NCBI GenBank assembly: GCA_964627505.1
Contig: CAZVKB010000004.1
Span: 3,295-67,294 of the forward strand
Origin: an uncultured Actinomycetes bacterium
GTDB lineage: Bacteria; Actinomycetota; Actinomycetes; S36-B12; UBA10799
Length of the DNA stretch: 64,000 nucleotides
Direction: 5' to 3'
Made by a program: the position numbers and the translations under genes. Positions 47,461 through 56,914 of this stretch are shown piece after piece (position 1 is the first letter of the stretch; each line of letters opens with the position of its first letter). The notes below the pieces were generated by a model. It worked only from the letters and a program-made list of their open reading frames with translations, did not search any database and was not told where the DNA came from.

Positions 47461-49436
47461 GCTGGCAGTGTGGCAGGAGCGTCGAGCGACGCGTCAGCGG
47501 TTGTCCACGACTTGAGTTGTCGGCTGATGGACTCCTTGGCCTGCGCGACTTGTTCGGCCACCAACCGCCGTTCCGCCCATGTCAACTCGCGGCGGCGCAA
47601 CGCCCGTTCCACCCGGCCCATCAGCGCCCCGTCGCCGGGCAGGTCGAAGGCGATTTGGGTGAATCGGCCGAGATCTGCGCGATAGTCGTGACCGCGGGCG
47701 GCGAAGCGACCAGGCACCACGTCTGAGGCGTTGAGCACGTCCACGGTGGTGAGCATGAATGACGTGATCGGTCGCCACCGCACGCCTTCGATCAGTGCCG
47801 GCGAGCGATTGGGTCCGTCGGCCATCCAATCCGGGGCCTGCACTGCCAGGGCAGGGCGGTACTTGGTGATGGGGTCGTCATGGTGGCTCAAGAGGATGAA
47901 TCTGGCGCTGCGGCGCCGCTGCTCAGACAATTCCAACCACTCGGTGTAAGAGGCAATCTCGACCACTTCCGAATCGGGATCGGTACGCTCTGGGTCGAGT
48001 CGCCACTGTTCGGCCCATTTGCTCTCTGCCGGTGTGCCGACGAACAGCGCCCGACTGATCCCCGCGCGATGCAGACCGGCCGTGCCTTCATGCAGAAAGG
48101 CGTCCTGCAGCGTGAAAGCGCCGAGGCTCTCCCCGACGGCGACGAACTTCGGGCGCTGGGCCACCGGGATCGCCCGCAGCCGACCGTTGATGGCGTGCAG
48201 CAGGGCTCGGTTCTGTTCCCGGCCGAGGTGCACACGGTCGAGGGACAAGAACGACGGCCGCAGCGAATACTGCAAAGCGATAGTCGCGCAATCCCCGCCG
48301 GTGAGGTACTCCAGCGTCTCGGCCACCACATAGTTCACATAGCCGGTGCCGGTGGGGGCAGCGAGGCACAGCACGGAGCGTTCGAAAGCGCCGAGGGTCT
48401 CCAACTCGTCCATTGCAATCGAGACCCGCGCATCCACTGTGGCGGCAGTCCCCAGCCCAACGAACACCCGGACCGGATCTTTTGCGGGTGCACCTGTGAC
48501 GTCCGAGATCTCCTCCGCCGGCAGCACCATATTGACGAATCGGCGCCCTTCGCGACCCAACGATTTCCAATCCACAGATGATCGCGGTCCCCCGCTGACG
48601 GTCGATGCGCCCGGGGGGACTTGGTAGGCATACTCCACCGCCGCCCCACCGAGTTCCGTGCGGCGATACACCGCCTCCAGACCCAGCCACATCAGGATTC
48701 CGTAGGGGGCTAGTGCCATCACGTGCCCGATGGGCTCAGCCAGACCGGCGAACCCGGGGGTCGCCCGCCGCACCCATGCCGACACCCCGCCGGCGACTCT
48801 TCGTTCCAAGGCCGCAAGCACCGACACACCGGTCATCACGGCGACACCTTGACCAATCGACGAGACCATAGGCACCGGATGCGGGGCGCGTCTTCGGTAC
48901 CAAATGATTTCCGCCGATGCCACGCTCGCCCCGAGCAGAAAACCCGCTGGGATCAGACTGGTGGGTACCTTGCCGGTGCGCCCGACGGTGAGGTCGACGC
49001 CAGCCTGGAGTCCGGCGATGGTCAGGCCGAGGCCACCGGCGGCGGCGATCTGCCATGCGGCGGTGCGAGCGGCGGCCCGCTTCACGGGTTCACCTCGGCG
49101 CCGCGGCAATGCGCGCTGCGCGGCGACTCCGGCCCCCAAAGCAACACCATGCGCTACTACGCCCAGCACCCGCCGGTTGCTCACCGACTGCTCGTCCCCA
49201 CCCGGCAACGCGCGCTCGGTGAGCGTGTCGATCAACGCCTGCGAAGCCCGCGAGACGCCATAGAGGACCACCGCACTCAGCCCTGTGAGCACAGCCTGCT
49301 GGGCTGGTTTGCGGGGCAGCAGGCTCGGCGCAAAACTTTGTCCCACCGCCAAGGTGGCTGCCAGCGTGGCTGCGCGGTCGTCGATGTCGCGCTCGGAAAC
49401 GCGGCGCAGCAGTTGTTGCAAACGCTCACCCATCAC
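47457..49436 (-). CDS. Membrane-anchored alpha/beta hydrolase family protein (Abhydrolase_9-like), paralog 2
   Basis: Same architecture as 35116-37215: APTGTGYVNY...LEYLTGGDCA...VGESLGA. Confidence 0.7.
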   Translation of the reverse strand: MMGERLQQLLRRVSERDIDDRAATLAATLAVGQSFAPSLLPRKPAQQAVLTGLSAVVLYGVSRASQALIDTLTERALPGGDEQSVSNRRVLGVVAHGVALGAGVAAQRALPRRRGEPVKRAAARTAAWQIAAAGGLGLTIAGLQAGVDLTVGRTGKVPTSLIPAGFLLGASVASAEIIWYRRRAPHPVPMVSSIGQGVAVMTGVSVLAALERRVAGGVSAWVRRATPGFAGLAEPIGHVMALAPYGILMWLGLEAVYRRTELGGAAVEYAYQVPPGASTVSGGPRSSVDWKSLGREGRRFVNMVLPAEEISDVTGAPAKDPVRVFVGLGTAATVDARVSIAMDELETLGAFERSVLCLAAPTGTGYVNYVVAETLEYLTGGDCATIALQYSLRPSFLSLDRVHLGREQNRALLHAINGRLRAIPVAQRPKFVAVGESLGAFTLQDAFLHEGTAGLHRAGISRALFVGTPAESKWAEQWRLDPERTDPDSEVVEIASYTEWLELSEQRRRSARFILLSHHDDPITKYRPALAVQAPDWMADGPNRSPALIEGVRWRPITSFMLTTVDVLNASDVVPGRFAARGHDYRADLGRFTQIAFDLPGDGALMGRVERALRRRELTWAERRLVAEQVAQAKESISRQLKSWTTADASLDAPATLPA

Positions 49437-49478
49437 ACCCTCCGGGAATAGCTGTCGGCTTGAGCCTATTGTGACCCC

Positions 49479-49808
49479 ATGGCCGATGATGACATCGAAC
49501 GCTTGCTCGCCGAGGTGGCAGCCGGATCGCAGCCCAAGGCCGAAGGGTCAGCAACCAACTCTGACTCAGCGCTGGCGCGGCGCGCTGCTGGGACGGACGT
49601 AACATCGGACAAGCCCGGTGGAGGTATGGGCACCACTGGGCGGGTGTTGGTGTCCGGGGGTGCAGGTGCGGCTGTGTCGTTGCTGACCTACGCAATCCCC
49701 GTGGTGGGTTGGATGGACACCACGGCCAATCTGCTGGCCGGGTTTCTCGGCGGAGTCACAGGGTTCGCAGTCGCCGGATATTTTCGCCGCCGGGACCGGA
49801 AGCGGTAG
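49479..49808 (+). CDS. Hypothetical small membrane protein
   Basis: A 109-aa ORF with an acidic N-terminus, two Gly/Ala-rich hydrophobic segments and a basic C-terminus. Divergent from the hydrolase gene. Confidence 0.45.
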   Translation: MADDDIERLLAEVAAGSQPKAEGSATNSDSALARRAAGTDVTSDKPGGGMGTTGRVLVSGGAGAAVSLLTYAIPVVGWMDTTANLLAGFLGGVTGFAVAGYFRRRDRKR

Positions 49809-49911
49809 TCGGACGTCGATCGCTGTGGCTGCGAGGAGTGAATCGCCCAAACTGGGAGAGCCACATCGCACAGCCTGGCCGAGAAGTTTGGCAAAAGTAT
49901 GCTGGCGGCGC

Positions 49912-50511
49912 TCAGTCCGACAGGCCATCCGGGTTGATGTTCCAGCCGCCAATCACCGGTTGCACACGTTCATGGCTGAGTACCGCGATACCTCCGGGAT
50001 CGAGCGCAAGAAACCTACCGCTGCGAGGCGCCAGGCCCAAGTAGGTGGCAGTGAGGATGCGCAGCATGTGACCGTGGGCGACCAACATCACGTTGTCCCC
50101 GGCCTCGATGTGCGGGTGCACATGGTCGAGCACGCGGCGCGCCCGCGCGGATACGCTCTCCGGACTCTCCCCCTCTGGAATCGGCGCATCCCAGATGACC
50201 CAGTTCGGGTCGCCCGTTTCAGCTCGGATCTCGGCAGTGGTCCGACCTTCGTAAATGCCGTAGTCCCACTCCAATAGGTCATCTGTGTAGCCGTCGGGCG
50301 TCAGCCCCGCCAGAGTCGCGGTGTCACGCGCCCGCGACAACGGGCTGCACAGCACCTCTGCGAAAGTCACCCGGGCCAGCATCGGGGCCACCTCGGATGC
50401 GCGGATGCGCCCACCCTCGGTTAATGGGATATCCGTGCGGCCCGTGTGTTGGCCGGATTTGCTCCATTGGGTTTCCCCGTGACGCAACAGGTAAATCTCG
50501 CCAAGATCCAT
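49912..50511 (-). CDS. Histidine phosphatase (phosphoglycerate mutase) family protein
   Basis: LLRHGETQWS catalytic RHG motif and a downstream LVAHGH motif. Confidence 0.85.
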   Translation of the reverse strand: MDLGEIYLLRHGETQWSKSGQHTGRTDIPLTEGGRIRASEVAPMLARVTFAEVLCSPLSRARDTATLAGLTPDGYTDDLLEWDYGIYEGRTTAEIRAETGDPNWVIWDAPIPEGESPESVSARARRVLDHVHPHIEAGDNVMLVAHGHMLRILTATYLGLAPRSGRFLALDPGGIAVLSHERVQPVIGGWNINPDGLSD

Positions 50512-50597
50512 AGTTGCTCACCCTGCCAGCCCAACAGCGCGGTGTCTTTCTGAACCGGGGAGTGTCGGGGTAGTCAGAGGGGGAATGTGCTGGCAAG

Positions 50598-51323
50598 GTG
50601 GTGGTCATGTCTTCACTCAATGGTGCGAGTGTGATCGTGGCTGGGGCCACGGGCGGTTTGGGTGCGCCTCTGAGTCAGTTGTTGGCCGAGGCTGGTGCCA
50701 AGCTCACGTTGACGGCCCGGCGCCCGGATGGGCTCGCTGCGCTACCGCCAGAGGTGCTCAGTACTGGGACGGTGGCGATTCCGGCCGACCTGTGTAAACC
50801 GCAGGCGGCTCAGACCGTTGTGGATGCTGCCATGCGTGCCCATGGCCGCATCGATGGGGTGGTGTGTGCCATTGGGGCGGTCGCTTTCGGTCCGGCGATG
50901 GAACTCCCCGATCAGGTACTGATTGACCTATTCACGCTCAACACGCTCGCGCCCATCCGACTGCTGAAAGCGGCATATCCACACTTGCTCGCGTCCGCAG
51001 AACAGGGGCGGGCCCCGTTTGTCATCAACATCAGTGCTGTAGTGGCTGAGCAGCCGACGCCGGGGATGGCTGGCTATGCCGCGTCCAAGTCCGCGCTGAC
51101 TGCATTCGATCGGTCTGCAGCGCGGGAGTTGCGCCGCAAGGGGATCCGACTGATCGATGTCCGTCCGCCACATACCGAAACGGGCTTGGCCGAACGGCCG
51201 GTGTACGGCCATGCGCCGCGGCTTCCGCGCGGATTGCCCCCGCGGACGGTGGCGAAGCGGATCGTGGGGGCGATCACAGAGGGCGATTCCGACGTCCCCA
51301 GTGGCGCGTTCATTCTGGGGTGA
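50598..51323 (+). CDS. Short-chain dehydrogenase/reductase (SDR)
   Basis: GATGGLG cofactor motif and the YAASKSAL catalytic YxxxK. Confidence 0.8.
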   Translation: MVVMSSLNGASVIVAGATGGLGAPLSQLLAEAGAKLTLTARRPDGLAALPPEVLSTGTVAIPADLCKPQAAQTVVDAAMRAHGRIDGVVCAIGAVAFGPAMELPDQVLIDLFTLNTLAPIRLLKAAYPHLLASAEQGRAPFVINISAVVAEQPTPGMAGYAASKSALTAFDRSAARELRRKGIRLIDVRPPHTETGLAERPVYGHAPRLPRGLPPRTVAKRIVGAITEGDSDVPSGAFILG

Positions 51324-51363
51324 GGTTTTCGGCGGCAAATCTGACGTTGGGGCAGCCCCTGCG

Positions 51364-51699
51364 TCACAGATACAGGCCGGTGGCTTCGTCCTCCACTCGT
51401 TCCGAAGCGATTGCGTGCACGTCCCGTTCGCGCATCAGTGTGTATGTCTTGCCGCCGATTTCGACATCGGCCAGATCGGCAGGCTCATACAGCACCCGGT
51501 CCCCGATCTCCAGGTGCCGCACATTCGGGCCCACCCCCACCACATGTGCCCACAGCAGCCGCCGCCCCATCGATGCCGTCGCGGGAATCACGATTCCCCC
51601 GCCCGATCGCCGCTCCCCGTCGGGACCTTCCGAGGTCACCAAGACCCGGTCGTGCAGCAATTTGATGGGAAGGGCAGTGGTCGTGTCGAGAGCGGACAT
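51364..51699 (-). CDS. GroES/Cpn10-like co-chaperonin paralog
   Basis: IKLLHDRVLV...GGIVIP...VGVGP...GDRVLY pattern of Cpn10. No groEL is adjacent. Confidence 0.7.
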   Translation of the reverse strand: MSALDTTTALPIKLLHDRVLVTSEGPDGERRSGGGIVIPATASMGRRLLWAHVVGVGPNVRHLEIGDRVLYEPADLADVEIGGKTYTLMRERDVHAIASERVEDEATGLYL

Positions 51700-51703
51700 G
51701 GCT

Positions 51704-52540
51704 TCAGCCTATTGCCGAGGGCTGGTGACCACGGCATTCCCGGACCCGAGCAACCACTTCATAGCAGGCGATCGCGGCCGCAGCGGCGACGTTCAACGAG
51801 TCCACCCGGGATGTCACCGGGATCCGCACCTGGGCAGTTGCCGCAGCCATCGCCGCCGGGGACAGACCATCGCCCTCGGTGCCCAGCAGCAGCGCCACTT
51901 TGCGATCTCCCCGCTGCCACTGTCCAAGATCCACGGCACCTGCCTCCGGGGTCAGCGCCATCACCGTGAAGCCCGCCTCGACGATCTCCTGCAACGCGCC
52001 GGGCCATGTGGGTGCAGTTGTCCACGGCAAAGCGAGCACCGCACCCATCGACGTCTTCACCGAGCGGCGATAGTAGGGATCCGCGCAGCGCGGCGACACC
52101 ACGGCCGCATCAATGCCTACCGCCGCCGCCGTTCGCATGATCAAACCAACATTGGTGTGATCGACGAGGTCTTCGAGTACCACGAGCGTCTCTGCCTGCG
52201 CCAAAATGTCAGCCAAAGCGGGCGCTTGCTTCCTGTGAAACGCCGCGAGTGCCCCTCGGTGCAATCGGAAGCCGACTACCCCGCGCAACACAGTCTCGCT
52301 CGCCACCATGACATCGATGTCGAAACTGCTGAGAGCCGCCTGCAGCCCGGGCAACCACTTTTCAGTCATCAGAGCGCTGCGCGGCTGATACCCCGCAGCC
52401 AGCGCACGCAGAATCACCTTTTCACCCTCGGCCAGAAACAACCCCTGCTCTGGTTCCATGCGCATCCGCCAGGCCATGTCGGTGAGGTCGCGATAGTCGG
52501 CCACGCGTGGGTCATCGGCCGCCACCGCAATGACGGGCAT
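51704..52540 (-). CDS. TrmH/SpoU family RNA 2'-O-methyltransferase
   Basis: The SpoU_sub_bind-like N-terminus and the LLLGTEGDGL and IPVTSRVDSLNVAAA motifs. The start was trimmed to the ATG at 52540. Confidence 0.8.
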   Translation of the reverse strand: MPVIAVAADDPRVADYRDLTDMAWRMRMEPEQGLFLAEGEKVILRALAAGYQPRSALMTEKWLPGLQAALSSFDIDVMVASETVLRGVVGFRLHRGALAAFHRKQAPALADILAQAETLVVLEDLVDHTNVGLIMRTAAAVGIDAAVVSPRCADPYYRRSVKTSMGAVLALPWTTAPTWPGALQEIVEAGFTVMALTPEAGAVDLGQWQRGDRKVALLLGTEGDGLSPAAMAAATAQVRIPVTSRVDSLNVAAAAAIACYEVVARVRECRGHQPSAIG

Positions 52541-52705
52541 CGCTAACTCCCCGCCGGCGAGACGTTCGCGGCAACCGCCACACCACCGGACCTGACGTCG
52601 CGATACCACCGGCAGGACAGTCCGTTGCGAATGGCGACGGCAACTCCATTGCTCTCTACACCCACAGCCGCCACCCTAATCCCCGCGTCTGCGTAGGCTA
52701 CCGCC

Positions 52706-53545
52706 ATGGACCAACCCCGTCAGCGCCTCGCGCCGCCGTCGGCATTGGTCACCCCGCCGCACTCCGCTGTTGAGGTCTACCCCCGCGCGGCCGTACTCAC
52801 AGCCTGGGTAAACGCCGTCTGTGCGGGAGTCGTCGATGGACTCGCCGAATGTCCAGCTCTCAACCCGAGGGATCCCTTCAGCGCCGCACTGGACTCGCCG
52901 TACTCTGCCCATCACCCCGCCTGGACATTCGCCCGGATGACCCTTGGTGAGGCTGTTGCGACCTGGCCGACCCGGGCATCAGCCCAATGCGCACTGCCAG
53001 TCCCTGGTGATGTTGCCGGTTTGCCGGCCGACGCCGTCGCGGCCCGATCCGCCGGTCAAGCCTTAGTGGTCCCCGGTCCCGACTTCGCGCTGGTGGTGTG
53101 GCCTTCGGCGGCGGGCGATGTCACCTCAGTCTGGCGCGCCACAACTGGCATGGCTGTCGCACGTGCGGATCGCGATATTCGCCATGCGCGGCAATTGGTG
53201 ATGGAGCGACTCACCGAGGCTGTGGCCTCCTTCGAGGCCAGCGGGCCGGTGCGGTCGTCGCGCGAACACGTCGCGCGCCGCATCTCTGCGTTGGATGCCG
53301 TCCCGATGCCGCCGGAGTCGCATCCGGCCGCCGTGTCGTTGGCCCGGCTCAGCGCCCAATTGTTGGTGATTGTCGACGCCGCGCTGCAGCCGCATGCTCC
53401 CAACACCCTCCCCACCCACGACAACCCGACCAACCCGACCAACCCGCACGACTCAACCACCCGTGCCCTGGCGCCGCTGGGGCGGGTGGGCAGAGCCGCA
53501 CTGGCGACTGCGTTTTCCGCCACCCACCCCCCGAGGAGTGCGTAG
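52706..53545 (+). CDS. Hypothetical protein
   Basis: A 279-aa ORF ending 6 nt before serB. I recognise no motif. Contains a 9-bp tandem repeat. Confidence 0.45.
   Translation: MDQPRQRLAPPSALVTPPHSAVEVYPRAAVLTAWVNAVCAGVVDGLAECPALNPRDPFSAALDSPYSAHHPAWTFARMTLGEAVATWPTRASAQCALPVPGDVAGLPADAVAARSAGQALVVPGPDFALVVWPSAAGDVTSVWRATTGMAVARADRDIRHARQLVMERLTEAVASFEASGPVRSSREHVARRISALDAVPMPPESHPAAVSLARLSAQLLVIVDAALQPHAPNTLPTHDNPTNPTNPHDSTTRALAPLGRVGRAALATAFSATHPPRSA
53422..53448 (+). repeat. Three tandem 9-bp units (caacccgac caacccgac caacccgca) encoding NPT-NPT-NPH
   Basis: Read directly from the sequence, inside the hypothetical gene 52706-53545. Confidence 0.7.
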
Positions 53546-53551
53546 CACGTC

Positions 53552-54778
53552 ATGCAAACCGTGTTGGTCACAGTCAGCGGCCGCGATCGTCCGGGCCTCA
53601 CCGCCGCCCTGCTGGAATCGATGTCGGCCACCGGTGCCGACATCCTCGACGTCGAGCAAATCGTGCTCCGTGGGCATCTCACGCTCTGCCTATTGGTGGC
53701 TATCCCGACTCATCACGTGGACTCGACCCTCACGGCGATCAACTCCGCGGCGGCCGCAGTGGACGTGAAGCTGATGGTCGATCGCCAACCGGCAGTGGCC
53801 GATCCCAGCCGGCATGGCCGCATCCTGGTCACAGTGATGGGCGAGCCGCTGCGCCCCGCAGCACTCGCCGGTATCACAGCTCGCATCGCCAAGCTCGGCG
53901 GAAATATCGATCGCATCGAGCGGTTGGCAGGTGAGCCGCTCGTGGTGCTGGCACTCACGGTGTCCGGGGCTGATGAGAGCGCCCTGCGCACAGCCCTGGC
54001 CGCAGAGTCCGCCGCAGTCGGCCTCGATGTTGCCGTGCAGCGCATGTCATTGTCACGGCGTGGCACCCACTTGGTGGTGATGGATGTCGATTCCACACTC
54101 ATCCAGGACGAAGTGATCGAACTCATCGCCCGCCACGCCGGGTATGAGGAGTCCGTGCGCGAGGTCACAGAGGCGGCAATGCGCGGCGAGTTGGACTTCG
54201 CTGAGAGTCTGCGCGCCCGCGTCGCCCTGCTCGCCGGGGTGCCAGCGGAACGACTCGACGACGTCCGCGCCGCCGTCCGGCTCACCCCCGGAGCCCGCAC
54301 CCTGTGCCGCACATTGAAACGGCTGGGGTATCGCATCGCTGTGGTGAGCGGCGGCTTCACGCAGGTGGTGGAGCCGCTGGCAGAACAACTGGGAATCGAC
54401 TTCGTGCTGGCCAACGAACTCGAAATCATCGACGGAGTCCTCACCGGCCAGGTGGTCGGCGAGATCGTCGACCGGGCGGGCAAAGCCGCCGCGCTGCAAC
54501 GCTTCGCAACCGCATGCCGCATTCCGCTGGGCCAAACCGTGGCCATCGGCGATGGTGCCAATGATGTCGACATGATCACGCTGGCGGGTCTGGGGATCGC
54601 CTTCAACGCCAAACCCGCACTCCGCACGGCGGCAGACACCTCAGTCAACGTGCCCTACCTCGATACCGTTTTGCACCTTCTGGGCATCAGCCGGGAGGAG
54701 ATCGACGAGGCCGACGCGGCCGCACAGTCCGACGCGGCGGCGAAGTTCGTACCCGCGGCAACCTTGCCGCGCGCCTAG
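53552..54778 (+). CDS. serB: Phosphoserine phosphatase with N-terminal ACT domains
   Basis: Two ACT-like segments, then HAD motifs MDVDSTLIQDEVIE, SGGF and GDGANDVDM. Confidence 0.9.
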   Translation: MQTVLVTVSGRDRPGLTAALLESMSATGADILDVEQIVLRGHLTLCLLVAIPTHHVDSTLTAINSAAAAVDVKLMVDRQPAVADPSRHGRILVTVMGEPLRPAALAGITARIAKLGGNIDRIERLAGEPLVVLALTVSGADESALRTALAAESAAVGLDVAVQRMSLSRRGTHLVVMDVDSTLIQDEVIELIARHAGYEESVREVTEAAMRGELDFAESLRARVALLAGVPAERLDDVRAAVRLTPGARTLCRTLKRLGYRIAVVSGGFTQVVEPLAEQLGIDFVLANELEIIDGVLTGQVVGEIVDRAGKAAALQRFATACRIPLGQTVAIGDGANDVDMITLAGLGIAFNAKPALRTAADTSVNVPYLDTVLHLLGISREEIDEADAAAQSDAAAKFVPAATLPRA

Positions 54779-54796
54779 CCCTGGAAGCTGGCTTCC

Positions 54797-55303
54797 CTAG
54801 CCCCGAGCGATCACGAACGAGCGCAAGGTGCCGGTGCCCCGGGCTTGGTGGATGTCACTCCACGGTCTGGGCAAATCGATTTCAGCCAGCGCCGAGGTGG
54901 GGAACTTCGTCGACATCTCCAGGTAGTCCGGTGTGGCCGAATCCGCCGCCAACCAGAACGCGAGCATCTCCGTTCCTGGGTTGTGTCCGACGATCAACAG
55001 CCTGGACACGTCGTCCGGCACTTGCGAAATGGCGATCAGCAAGTCGGTCACGTCGGCTTCGTACACTCGCTCATCGATCCGATGTGGCGGGATCGTTTCC
55101 ATCGCCGATGTCACCAGGTGAAAGGTCTCCCGCGTGCGTTGCGCAGGCGACACTAAGGCCAAGTCAATCGGCGGTCCCGCCGCAAGCACGGCACCGGCCA
55201 CCGGCGCATCGCGGCGTCCGCGCGGATTCAGCGGCCGCTCCTCATCTGGCACACCGGGCGGCCAGGCTGACTTGGCGTGACGCAGCAGGACAAGCGTTGG
55301 CAT
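54797..55303 (-). CDS. sixA: SixA-like phosphohistidine phosphatase (histidine phosphatase family)
   Basis: LLRHAKSAW N-terminal motif and a downstream VGHNP. About 168 aa. Confidence 0.7.
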   Translation of the reverse strand: MPTLVLLRHAKSAWPPGVPDEERPLNPRGRRDAPVAGAVLAAGPPIDLALVSPAQRTRETFHLVTSAMETIPPHRIDERVYEADVTDLLIAISQVPDDVSRLLIVGHNPGTEMLAFWLAADSATPDYLEMSTKFPTSALAEIDLPRPWSDIHQARGTGTLRSFVIARG

Positions 55304-55429
55304 GCGGTTACCTTAGACGCCCGCGTGCCGACGATGCAGGCCGCACACCAGGCGGGCAGGCACACTGGCCTGCCACCCGTGATGGCGTGACATCCTGCCA
55401 CCTGACCTGACGCAACATAGGGTGGGACC

Positions 55430-56914
55430 GTGCGCACCCTTGACCCGGACTTTCTCGAGTTGCCTGCCGAAGCCTGCGGATCTGCCGCGTTGGCGAGTGC
55501 GCAGTCCCTGGGTGCCATGTGGGCTGACGTGCGGGTGTCAGCCGACGTCGAGCGCAACGTCAGCATGCGCGACGGGTCGGTGGAGAACGCGGACAGTCAC
55601 GAGTCGATGGGGATCGGGGTGCGGGTGATCGTCGACGGCAGTTGGGGCTTCGCCAGTACCACCACGCTGACGCCCGGTGCCGCAGCTGCCGCCGCAACCC
55701 GAGCCGTGGCGATGGCCCGTTCGCTGTCGGCCTTGGTGACGACTCCGGTACAGCTCGCCGCCGAACCCGCAGTCCGTGGGACCTGGGTGAGCCCGTACGA
55801 CGTCGACCCTGTCACCGTTGCAGACGCTGAGGTGGCGCAACTCTTCGCCGAACACAGCGCGCGACTTCTGGCGACACCGCATGTGAGCCACGTCACCTGT
55901 ACTTTCCACGCGACGAAGGAGCGCACGTACTACGCCGATTCCGCCGACGCTGCCACGTGGCAGCAGCGGGTGCGCTGCCATCCGCAGGTCACTGCGTTGG
56001 CGGTCACCGACTCGGGGTTCGAGGACATGACCACCACGCTGCCGCCACAGGCCCGCGGGTGGGAATACCTGACCCTCCCGCAGTGGGATGAGCAGATTGT
56101 GCAACTCCCCGAACACCTCGCCGACCGGATCGCGGCACCGGCTTTGGAGCCAGGCCGTTATGACCTCGTGATCCACCCGTCCAATCTCTGGCTCACCATC
56201 CACGAAAGCGTGGGCCACGCCACCGAATACGACCGGGCGGTGGGTTTCGAGGCGAATTATGCAGGGACCTCATTCGCCACGCCCGAACAACTCGGCACCT
56301 TGCGCTACGGCAGCAGCCTCATGCACATCACCGGTGACCGCACCGCACCCAACGGCCTAGCCACGGTTGCCTGGGATCACGAAGGGGTAGCGGCGCAGGA
56401 ATGGGACATCGTGCGCGACGGCGTCCTCGTCGGCTACCAACTCGACCGATGGGGGGCCGCCGTGCTGGGCGCACCACGCTCCAACGGCTGCGCCTACGCC
56501 GACGATCCCAGTCACGTGCCGTTGCAGCGCATGCCCAACGTGTCGCTGGCACCAGCCGAATCAGGACCTGACGTACCTGCCCTGATCGCCGGCGTGACCG
56601 ATGGGCTGCTTGTGGAAGGCGACAAGAGTTGGTCGATTGACATGCGCCGCCGCAATTTTCAATTCACCGCGCAACGCTTCTGGCGCATCCGCAATGGGGT
56701 GCTGGCGGGGCAGGTCAAGGACATTGCCTACCAGAGCGACACCTTGGATTTTTGGCGTTCGCTGGTGGCCTTGGGTGGGGAGCAGACCTATGTGCTGGGA
56801 GGTGCCGTGAACTGTGGCAAGGGCCAACCCGGGCAAGTGGCGGCAGTCAGTCACGGCTGCCCGGCTGCGGTCTTCGAAGGCGTCAACGTGCTCAGCACCG
56901 GGCGGGTGACATGA
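55430..56914 (+). CDS. tldD: TldD family metalloprotease
   Basis: HESVGHATE metal-binding motif and a Gly-rich C-terminus (GGAVNCGKG). GTG start. Confidence 0.85.
   Translation: MRTLDPDFLELPAEACGSAALASAQSLGAMWADVRVSADVERNVSMRDGSVENADSHESMGIGVRVIVDGSWGFASTTTLTPGAAAAAATRAVAMARSLSALVTTPVQLAAEPAVRGTWVSPYDVDPVTVADAEVAQLFAEHSARLLATPHVSHVTCTFHATKERTYYADSADAATWQQRVRCHPQVTALAVTDSGFEDMTTTLPPQARGWEYLTLPQWDEQIVQLPEHLADRIAAPALEPGRYDLVIHPSNLWLTIHESVGHATEYDRAVGFEANYAGTSFATPEQLGTLRYGSSLMHITGDRTAPNGLATVAWDHEGVAAQEWDIVRDGVLVGYQLDRWGAAVLGAPRSNGCAYADDPSHVPLQRMPNVSLAPAESGPDVPALIAGVTDGLLVEGDKSWSIDMRRRNFQFTAQRFWRIRNGVLAGQVKDIAYQSDTLDFWRSLVALGGEQTYVLGGAVNCGKGQPGQVAAVSHGCPAAVFEGVNVLSTGRVT

Noticed and set aside
51320-52546. 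A 408-aa plus-strand ORF
   Set aside because: It is antisense to the GroES-like and TrmH genes and is Arg/Ser/His-rich with no motifs.
54783-54796. Hairpin ggaagc-tg-gcttcc between convergent serB and sixA, considered as a bidirectional terminator
   Set aside because: The stem is at most 5-6 bp with a 2-4 nt loop and no U-tract, which is too weak to call. The other convergent gaps (481-504, 35082-35115, 46622-46626, 51324-51363) also lack convincing terminator hairpins.
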